Shown here piece after piece: positions 17,425 through 23,971 of a DNA stretch of 23,971 nt. This DNA comes from Nitrospinota bacterium. Lineage in GTDB: Bacteria > Nitrospinota > Nitrospinia > Nitrospinales > VA-1. How positions within the stretch are numbered: position 1 is the stretch's first letter; each line of letters opens with the position of its first letter. The position numbers and the translations under genes were made by a program. The notes beneath the pieces were generated by a model. The model was given only the letters and a program-made list of their open reading frames with translations. It made no database searches and had not been told where the DNA came from. The DNA lies in contig JAYNIA010000040.1 in assembly GCA_038108555.1 (NCBI GenBank), forward strand, positions 1 through 23,971. The letters are read 5' to 3'.

Positions 17425-18438
17425 TTAAAAGTGGTTAAATCCGGATGATTGGGGGAGAGCTTCCATTTTTCCATTCTTCCTTCTAATAGAAACCTTGTTC
17501 GATGATTGAGTAACTTCCCCAATTTGTGTCACAAGTGCTTCGGCCTTTTCAAACTGCCTATATAAATTTTTAACACCATCGGGTGCTAAAGTAAATAGTA
17601 ATTCATAATCTTCTCCGCCATTTAAAATAAACGGTAAAGACTTCAATTTGTTGTCAATACAAACTTTTGAAAATGCGGAAGATTTGGGTAGTTTTTCTTC
17701 GCAGATTCTTGCTCCCACCCCGGATTGTTTGCAGATATGTTGAAGGTCCTGTGCCAGACCATCGCTGATGTCAATCATGGATGTGATTTTGCAATTGGAT
17801 CTTACCAGGAGTTCACTTTCTTTTAGTCTCGGGGTGGGGGTGAAATGTTTTTGCAGGAGGTATTTCCATGAGGGTGTGGAACACTTCCAATTCTTTTGCG
17901 AAAGTAGTTTTAGTCCCAGGCTGGAATCTCCTAATGTTCCTGTGGTAAAAATTAAATCTCCGACCTTTGCACCTTTGCGAGTGATAAGTTTTCCTCGGAG
18001 AGCTTCTCCTATTATTGTGATATTTATGAAAAAGTTTTTGGGGGATGAAACGGTGTCTCCTCCAAAAAGTTCAATTTTGTAAAGTTTGCAGGATTTTTGA
18101 ATCCCCTGATACAGCTTGTCGAGAAAAGAGGTTGAAATATTTTTAGAAATTCCGAGGGTGATTAAAACCCGTGTCGGAACTCCCCCCATCGCAGCGATAT
18201 CACTTACGTTGACGGCTATCGATTTTTGACCTAACTGTTCGGGGGAAATGGTTGAGAGTTTAAAGTGGATGTTTTCAACCAATGCATCTGTGCTGACCAA
18301 TTGATTTTTGGATGAATTTGTGGAGTAGGCCGCACAATCATCACCCAGCGGCAAAATAGTACCTTTAGCCTGATGCTTGAATTTTTTGGAGAGACGTTTA
18401 ATCAGTCCAAACTCACCCAGATCTTTTAAATTGGCCAT
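17425..18438 (-). CDS. thiL: Thiamine-monophosphate kinase
   Basis: GEFGLI, GDDCA, NVSDIAAMGG, GGDT, DISDGL, GGEDYELLFT. Confidence 0.97.
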   Translation of the reverse strand: MANLKDLGEFGLIKRLSKKFKHQAKGTILPLGDDCAAYSTNSSKNQLVSTDALVENIHFKLSTISPEQLGQKSIAVNVSDIAAMGGVPTRVLITLGISKNISTSFLDKLYQGIQKSCKLYKIELFGGDTVSSPKNFFINITIIGEALRGKLITRKGAKVGDLIFTTGTLGDSSLGLKLLSQKNWKCSTPSWKYLLQKHFTPTPRLKESELLVRSNCKITSMIDISDGLAQDLQHICKQSGVGARICEEKLPKSSAFSKVCIDNKLKSLPFILNGGEDYELLFTLAPDGVKNLYRQFEKAEALVTQIGEVTQSSNKVSIRRKNGKMEALPQSSGFNHF

Positions 18439-18512
18439 AATGAAATTGTTGGCAGTTTATAAACTTTTTCCCTATATGTTATCAGGGGCATTCACAATTG
18501 CCAACGATTTGG

Positions 18513-18743
18513 CTATTGAGGTTTAAGAAGGTCCCGGGTGAGGCTGTCGACATCAAATTTCTTTTCTATTTTAATTGAAATTTTATTCCCTTCTTCAAGA
18601 CCTGATTTTTTAAGGTCGTGAATATAACAGGTTAATTCAATATGCTCCCCCGTTTCAGGAACCCAAATGGTCAATTCCCTAAATTGGTCTGCTTTATTGG
18701 GTGGGGTTGTAAGCTCTGTAATTTCTCCTTCGAGTAAAATCAT
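18513..18743 (-). CDS. Small hypothetical protein (76 aa, beta-rich)
   Basis: AAAGGA SD upstream of ATG; fills the gap between selO and thiL in the same orientation. Confidence 0.75.
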   Translation of the reverse strand: MILLEGEITELTTPPNKADQFRELTIWVPETGEHIELTCYIHDLKKSGLEEGNKISIKIEKKFDVDSLTRDLLKPQ

Positions 18744-18774
18744 CGAGTTCCTTTCTGGTTTTTAGAGTCCAATA

Positions 18775-20238
18775 TTATGCCGAACAACTGGTTTGTCGAC
18801 CCAGGAATTCCCGGGGCGTTTCCTGAGAGTAAAATTCGCTGTCGATTCCATATTTTTCAAAAAGCTCAGGCCGATCTTCAAAAGGGTTCTCCATTAGAAT
18901 ACGTAAGCGCGTGATTTCTGAAAAGTCCGATTCCTTTAACGCCATTTCGAGAGCCCTTTGTACCAAATGGGTTCTTAAAATAAATTTGGGATTGACAGAA
19001 TCCATTTTTATTTTTCTTTCTTCATTACTTAGGACTTCCCGCTCGCAAAGTTTGAGATATCTTTCCAGCCAGGCGTGAAGGCCCGTATCAAAATATGATT
19101 TTTCTAATTGTAAGGGGAAGCTTGCCAGAAGACGAAAGAAATTGGAATAGTCGAGTTTGTGTTTCATTATTAAATGGAACATTTCCTGGGTTAGCTGACT
19201 GAAGTCCTCATCAAGAATGGACAATCCCAGTTTTTTTCCCATCTCTTCCCTATAAAACCTGTTGAATAAAGGTTGGTATTCATTCATTTCTTCCTGTAAA
19301 GGTTCTGCGCCGGCCAGGGGAACCAGGGTTTCTGCAAGTTTATTCAGGTTCCAGAATCCAACTTTCGGTTGCTGTTGATAGGAATATCTTCCATGAGTAT
19401 CTGATGAATTGGAAGTGTATTTGGGATTAAATTCGTCCATAAACCCGTAAGGGCCATAGTCAAAAGTGGCTCCCGTGAGGGTCATGTTGTCAGTATTCAT
19501 GACACCATGAACGAACCCTACTGCTTGCCATTTGGCAATCAATTTTGCGGTGAGAGTTAAGACTCTCCTGAAGAAAATTCTATAGCGTTCCGGTTCCTGA
19601 CATAAATCGTTATGGTAATTTTGAATGGCAAAATCAGCCAGGCGTTCAACATTTTTGGGTTGATTGGTGTAATGGAAAAATTCGAAGCTTCCAAATCGAA
19701 TATGGCAATCTGAGACACGGACCAAAATCGCCGCCAGCTCTGGTGTTTGCCTGTAGATCAGTTCCCGAATACCAATCACCGCCAGTGAACGTGATGAGGG
19801 AATGCCCAAACCGTTCAACGCTTCGCTACCTAAATGCTCTCTAATAGATGACTTTAAAGTGGCTCGCCCATCAAATCCCCTGGCAAATCGGGTAGGGCCC
19901 GCACCTTTTAAATGCACATCCCAGCTTTCATTTTTTGAATTTAAAACCTCCCCGAGCAAGAGCCCTCGTCCATCCCCTAACCTGGGATTGTACGAACCAA
20001 ATTGATGACCAGAATAGGCCATGGCCAAAGGTTGTGCTCCGACCATCAGCTGGTTGCCGCTGAATTTCTCCAGGAAATCGGATGCAGGCTCCTCGGTAAG
20101 GTCAAGTAATTTGGCAACAGAAGGTGAGTAGTCAACAAGGTAGGGGTCGGTTACCGGATCTGGTTGCTTCTCCTGAAAAAATTCAGGTCCCAAGTCGATA
20201 AATCGGTTTTTATAATTTAACTTTGGGAGAGAGGACAA
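18775..20238 (-). CDS. selO: Protein adenylyltransferase SelO (YdiU/UPF0061)
   Basis: YSGHQFG…LGDGR, KGAGPT, DGRA, HIRFGSFE, GFVHGVMNTDN, DYGPYGF, NPKFILR; C-terminal TSCSA; TTG start. Confidence 0.95.
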   Translation of the reverse strand: MSSLPKLNYKNRFIDLGPEFFQEKQPDPVTDPYLVDYSPSVAKLLDLTEEPASDFLEKFSGNQLMVGAQPLAMAYSGHQFGSYNPRLGDGRGLLLGEVLNSKNESWDVHLKGAGPTRFARGFDGRATLKSSIREHLGSEALNGLGIPSSRSLAVIGIRELIYRQTPELAAILVRVSDCHIRFGSFEFFHYTNQPKNVERLADFAIQNYHNDLCQEPERYRIFFRRVLTLTAKLIAKWQAVGFVHGVMNTDNMTLTGATFDYGPYGFMDEFNPKYTSNSSDTHGRYSYQQQPKVGFWNLNKLAETLVPLAGAEPLQEEMNEYQPLFNRFYREEMGKKLGLSILDEDFSQLTQEMFHLIMKHKLDYSNFFRLLASFPLQLEKSYFDTGLHAWLERYLKLCEREVLSNEERKIKMDSVNPKFILRTHLVQRALEMALKESDFSEITRLRILMENPFEDRPELFEKYGIDSEFYSQETPREFLGRQTSCSA

Positions 20239-20358
20239 TGGTTTCCACAGTTCAGTTCAAGAAACAATCATATTACTTGTTGTTGATGTGATTGCCGGCG
20301 AGTTGGATTCTTTTTTTTCGCGATTGTCCCAGAAGGGATAGTGGGAAATGGAATTCTT

Positions 20359-21006
20359 TTATTGAACGTTTTGAACCAGCCAAACGTGATGTTTGGCTTC
20401 TTTTGTGAGGAACCAAAGAGTGGAACCTACTTTGAATAGGACCAACCATGCAGCCAAATCGCCTTTTTGGCAGGTCTTTTTCTGTTGTTTGCCCTGATAG
20501 ATTTCTTCAATGAAGGATACCTCGGCGCAGGTGGTGGAGGTCCAGTAATAATGCGCTTTGCTGAGACTGAAAATCGGGTTGATCCAGGACTTTTTGCCAC
20601 TGGCATTGACCACTCTTTCAGGATAAAGAAGGGTCTGTAATTCCGGTAACGTGGGAAGTCGCCATTCAGAGCTTCCTGCAAAACTTTCGCTGGAAGCAAA
20701 TGCCCGGGCATCTTTCAAGGTCATTCTATTGTTGATACCCGATTTGAGCCAACGTAGTTTGTTGACCGTGTCGGTGATCGTTTCATCTCCATTATCTACA
20801 AAATTTGGAGCAGGGAGTTTTTCTACAGAAACTTCACCTACTTTTTTACATTCTTTTAAGAGAGGCCCTGAACCGGGGCAAGCATTGAGGATGGAAAAAT
20901 GATCCATTTTTTGCATCATCGCGCAAATATCATTCAACTTACATTTAGCAAAAGACGGAGCCGCCTGTGAAAGAAGAATTGCCAAAGTTATTAGCACGAT
21001 GCGCAT
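20359..21006 (-). CDS. Secreted DUF1566 (Lcl C-terminal) domain protein
   Basis: ATG at 21006 with GGAGG SD; signal peptide …PSFA; FVDNGDETITD…LRW, WRLPT.PEL, YYWTST. Confidence 0.88.
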   Translation of the reverse strand: MRIVLITLAILLSQAAPSFAKCKLNDICAMMQKMDHFSILNACPGSGPLLKECKKVGEVSVEKLPAPNFVDNGDETITDTVNKLRWLKSGINNRMTLKDARAFASSESFAGSSEWRLPTLPELQTLLYPERVVNASGKKSWINPIFSLSKAHYYWTSTTCAEVSFIEEIYQGKQQKKTCQKGDLAAWLVLFKVGSTLWFLTKEAKHHVWLVQNVQ

Positions 21007-21130
21007 TTTTAACCCCTCCAAGAGTGCAAATCAAAAAAATGATTTGTGTTTTTTGTTTTAGAAACGGTTTGAGGATACTACACTTTCATTCATTCGAAAA
21101 TTAAAAATATTTCATGTTTTGTAAAATCCA

Positions 21131-21949
21131 TTAATTGCCGCCAAAAGCGATTCGGTTCAATTCTACAAAAGCTTCTTTCCCTTTCATTTCAATAAATAAG
21201 TCGGTGTTGACGATGCGATTGCTGGAGGGTTCAAGATTGATATTGATGACTTCTGTTCCTCCCCCCATCAGGTGCAGGGCAATATAGTCATTCGTGGGTA
21301 CGGCTCCTGAACTTCCTACCAGGATTGCCAGATCAACCGGTTCCTGTAAAAACATTTTAAAATTCATTTCCTGTTCAGGATGCCCGGTATATTCCCCGTC
21401 TCCAAACATAAGAATGTGTGGGCGGGCAATTCCTTTGCAATGAAAGCAGGTGGGGTAATTGGAAGCTTTCATTGTTTCATGGTCCAGATCGCAAAGCGGT
21501 ACTGAAACATCGTTCCAATATTGATGAGTGCAGGTGTTGAGGCATTGCAGCCGCCACATGGACCCATGAACTTCAAGAATTCTTTCGGGGTCGCAGCCCG
21601 ACATCAGGTGCAAACCGTCCGTGTTCGTAGTATGGATAAAACCATCACATTTTTTAAACCAATCGTTAATTATTGCGTAACCTTCATGAGGCTGGTTTTC
21701 ATGTGCGTTTCTGCGTCGCCATTCGTAAAAGGCCCATGCATGAGGAAGCTCGTTGCGAAAAGCCCAGGGACTGGCAAGGTCTTGTGCTTCCAGATTTTTT
21801 TCTTTGAAAGGTGGAAAGTTTCTCCAATACCCGTCTTTGTCTCTAAAAGTGGGGATGTTTGAGTCTGCACTCATACCTGCACTGGTTAACAAAAGAATGC
21901 GCTTTGCATTCCTGATAAGGTCGGCAGATTTATGTAATGTTTCAAGCAA
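21131..21949 (-). CDS. Sir2/CobB-family NAD-dependent protein deacylase (divergent motifs)
   Basis: SAGMSADSNIPTFRD, TTNTDGLH, EVHGS, CxxxC…CxxC, RPHILMFG, GSSGAV, ININ. Likely TTG start at 21949 overlapping the HD stop, with GGGAG SD (ORF track start is 21979). Confidence 0.9.
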   Translation of the reverse strand: MLETLHKSADLIRNAKRILLLTSAGMSADSNIPTFRDKDGYWRNFPPFKEKNLEAQDLASPWAFRNELPHAWAFYEWRRRNAHENQPHEGYAIINDWFKKCDGFIHTTNTDGLHLMSGCDPERILEVHGSMWRLQCLNTCTHQYWNDVSVPLCDLDHETMKASNYPTCFHCKGIARPHILMFGDGEYTGHPEQEMNFKMFLQEPVDLAILVGSSGAVPTNDYIALHLMGGGTEVININLEPSSNRIVNTDLFIEMKGKEAFVELNRIAFGGN

Positions 21950-22592
21950 GGCCGTCCCACTCCCTGAAAAATTGATCAAGAAAATTTTGCATAAACTGGT
22001 GGCGTCCCTCTGCCATTCGTTTTCCCGTTTCCGTATTCATTCTTTCTTTTAATAAGAGCAGTTTTTCATAAAAATGATTGATCGTATGCCCCTCATTTTT
22101 TTTGTAGTCTTCATAACTTTGATGGAGGACGGGTTTTTCCTCCGGATGATAAATAAGGCGATTTTTATATCCTCCGTAGGCAAAGGTACGGGCTATCCCA
22201 AGTGCACCAATTGCATCCAGCCGATCCGCATCTTGAACGATCTTGCCTTCAAGAGTTTTCATAGGTGTGGCCACCCCGGCCCCTTTGTATGAAACTGTGG
22301 AGATGATTTCGACCACCGCTTCTGTTGTCCCGGAGTCGACACCATTATTATTTAAAAACTCCCTGGCAACAGAAGGGCCCACCGAGTCATCTCCATCATG
22401 GAATTTCCAGTCTGCAATATCGTGGAGCAGGGCACCCAGTTCGACGGTTTCCATATGAGCTTTTTCTTCAGCCGCAATTTTTTTGGCTATTGTCCAAACG
22501 CGAAAGATATGCCACCAGTCATGGCCCGAACCATCTCCTGCAAGTTTGTTTTCTACAAACTCACAAGTCTTAATTATTATCGGGGAATTCAT
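21942..22592 (-). CDS. HD-domain phosphohydrolase (YedJ/YpgQ-like)
   Basis: HDWWHIFRV, LLHDIAD, QDADRLDAIGA, HFYEKLL. Likely ATG at 22592, 2 nt after the cysH stop. Confidence 0.92.
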   Translation of the reverse strand: MNSPIIIKTCEFVENKLAGDGSGHDWWHIFRVWTIAKKIAAEEKAHMETVELGALLHDIADWKFHDGDDSVGPSVAREFLNNNGVDSGTTEAVVEIISTVSYKGAGVATPMKTLEGKIVQDADRLDAIGALGIARTFAYGGYKNRLIYHPEEKPVLHQSYEDYKKNEGHTINHFYEKLLLLKERMNTETGKRMAEGRHQFMQNFLDQFFREWDGLA

Positions 22593-22594
22593 AG

Positions 22595-23290
22595 CTAGTT
22601 GCGTGGATGCAGGCCGCACTCTTTATGTTCCGGATTTTCCCACCACCATCTTCCGGCGCGGACGTCTTCACCGGGTTCAATGGGCCGGGTGCAGGGGGCA
22701 CAGCCGATACTGGGATAATTTTTTTTATGCAAGGCATTCACCGGAACTTTTTGATCTTCTATATAAGTTTCGACCTGTTCTTGTGTCCAGTCGGCCAGGG
22801 GATTGATTTTAACCAGGGGCGGGTGGTCCAAATCATCAAGAACTTTCGGTGTTTCTGTGCGGGTTACGGCTTGATCCCGTCTTAAGCCGGTGACCCAGGC
22901 TTCAAGTCCATCCAATGCCCGGTTCAAAGGTTCGATTTTTCTGATGGCACAACATTCTTTTCGATTGTCTATACTTTCCTTGAATGAAAAGAAACCTTTT
23001 TCACGAACCAGTTTCTCCACTTTTTCAGAATTGGGAAAGTAGGTTTTAATTTCAAGGCCGTAATGGGATCGTACCCTGTCCATTATCTGGTAGGTTTCTT
23101 CATGAAGACGCCCTGTATCCAGAGTGAAAATGGTGATCGGACCTTTCAGTTTTGCGATCATATCGATAAGGACCATGTCTTCCATTCCAAAGCTGCAAGC
23201 GAGGCCTGCTTTCAGTCCATATTGGTCCATGGCCCATTTAATGAGTTCTTCTGAAGTTTTGGATTCGTATTCCGTTGATGAAATTGGCAT
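22595..23290 (-). CDS. cysH: Thioredoxin-dependent adenylyl-sulfate (APS) reductase, CysH family
   Basis: SFGMED, LDTG, CC(AIRK), TGLRRDQ, SIGCAPCT, RAGRW, ECGLH. The CC…CxxC set indicates the [4Fe-4S] APS type. Confidence 0.95.
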   Translation of the reverse strand: MPISSTEYESKTSEELIKWAMDQYGLKAGLACSFGMEDMVLIDMIAKLKGPITIFTLDTGRLHEETYQIMDRVRSHYGLEIKTYFPNSEKVEKLVREKGFFSFKESIDNRKECCAIRKIEPLNRALDGLEAWVTGLRRDQAVTRTETPKVLDDLDHPPLVKINPLADWTQEQVETYIEDQKVPVNALHKKNYPSIGCAPCTRPIEPGEDVRAGRWWWENPEHKECGLHPRN

Positions 23291-23303
23291 AGTTTGGTTC
23301 TGC

Positions 23304-23332
23304 TTGACAGTTTAGAGGATAGTTTATATAAA
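23304..23332 (+). promoter_or_regulatory. Near-consensus sigma70 promoter of the HtrA/DegP gene
   Basis: TTGACA (23304-23309)-N17-TATAAA (23327-23332). Confidence 0.6.
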
Positions 23333-23438
23333 AAATGTTTATCAGTTACTTTTTCACGACCCAATTGAAAAATCAAGCTTGGATTGGAAAAAGCTCTTCC
23401 GGGGAATGTAATTCACATACCACCTGTTTCAGAGAATA

Positions 23439-23971
23439 ATGAAACCAAAACTGACAAAAATCTTTCTATTCCTTTTTCTGTTCTTTATAACCCCGTTCCA
23501 TTTCAGTAATGCCGGAATTTTGGAACAAGTGGAAAAGGAACTCGTATCTCTTGCCGATAAGGTCCGACCCGCAGTCGTCAGCCTTTCTCCCTACATTGCC
23601 AAGGGAGCTGTGGGGCAGGGATTGCCACGAAAAAGTCGGCCCGCCAATGCGGGGTCCGGGGTGATCTTTGATGCAAAAAAAGGTTTGGTTGTAACCAATA
23701 GCCACGTGGTCCGGAATGTTCTTAAAATCCAGGTAACCTTTAAAGACGGAACTAAAATTGTCGGGGAGGTGTTGGGGGCGGATGAAGACACGGATTTGGC
23801 AGTAGTGCAGATTCCGACCGATCGTCCTTTGACAGAAGTTAAGTTTGCGGACTCCAGCAAGGTAAAAATCGGGCAACTTGTAGTGGCGGTGGGAAATCCC
23901 TACGGACTCAATGACACCACGACATTTGGGATTGTCAGTGGATTGAAAAGAGAGAATGTAAACCTCTCACG
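23439..23971 (+). CDS. HtrA/DegP-family serine protease, 5' partial (runs off the window)
   Basis: Manual translation: MKPKLTKIFLFLFLFF…PAVV…GSGVIFD…VTNSHVV…GADEDTDLAVV…GQLVVAVGNPYGL…GIVSG. Absent from the ORF track because no stop lies in the window. Confidence 0.92.
   Translation, partial: MKPKLTKIFLFLFLFFITPFHFSNAGILEQVEKELVSLADKVRPAVVSLSPYIAKGAVGQGLPRKSRPANAGSGVIFDAKKGLVVTNSHVVRNVLKIQVTFKDGTKIVGEVLGADEDTDLAVVQIPTDRPLTEVKFADSSKVKIGQLVVAVGNPYGLNDTTTFGIVSGLKRENVNLS

Noticed and set aside
20238..20291. Short plus-strand ORF MVSTVQFKKQSYYLLLM
   Set aside because: The SD-like sequence is too close to the ATG, it overlaps the selO start antisense, and nothing else supports it.
21131..21949. 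Sir2 as an anti-phage defence component (Thoeris, DSR, Sir2-HerA)
   Set aside because: It is a short Zn-finger CobB-like enzyme among housekeeping genes, with no TIR, HerA or Argonaute partner.
23365..23376. TTGA-AAAA-TCAA palindrome as an FNR/CRP box
   Set aside because: Spacing does not match TTGAT-N4-ATCAA and it is too short to be significant in AT-rich DNA.
23466..23876. Minus-strand 136-aa and 89-aa ORFs
   Set aside because: Antisense to the clear HtrA/DegP coding frame.
1..23971. CRISPR arrays, tRNA/rRNA genes, IS elements, inteins in dnaB, and the remaining short overlapping ORFs
   Set aside because: No spaced direct repeats, cloverleafs, transposase or integrase motifs, or intein insertions were seen by eye. 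The other short ORFs overlap well-supported genes.

Overview
Bacterial chromosomal window of mostly core genes from a probably diderm organism. The gene order suggests a Nitrospinota/deltaproteobacteria-like lineage, but this is unverified inference. Left to right: the 3' end of a BON-domain gene with an in-frame TAG at a conserved Trp position, then a strong terminator; a PDZ-less trypsin-like protease overlapping an FHA-domain membrane protein; a 7-repeat FG-GAP lipoprotein; rpsF-ssb-rpsR-DUF2232-rplI-dnaB-TPR with a probable S6:S18 leader; M23 peptidase-secA; dksA with a ~100-aa histone-H1-like tail; Dabb; djlA-like. A long minus-strand run follows (in transcription order: cysH APS reductase, HD hydrolase, divergent sirtuin, DUF1566, selO, 76-aa orphan, thiL, two CNNM/CBS proteins), then the 5' part of an HtrA/DegP gene. 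No rRNA, tRNA, CRISPR array or mobile element was seen. The best candidates for undescribed biology are the protease-FHA module, the cysH/HD/sirtuin/SelO cluster and the H1-tailed DksA.
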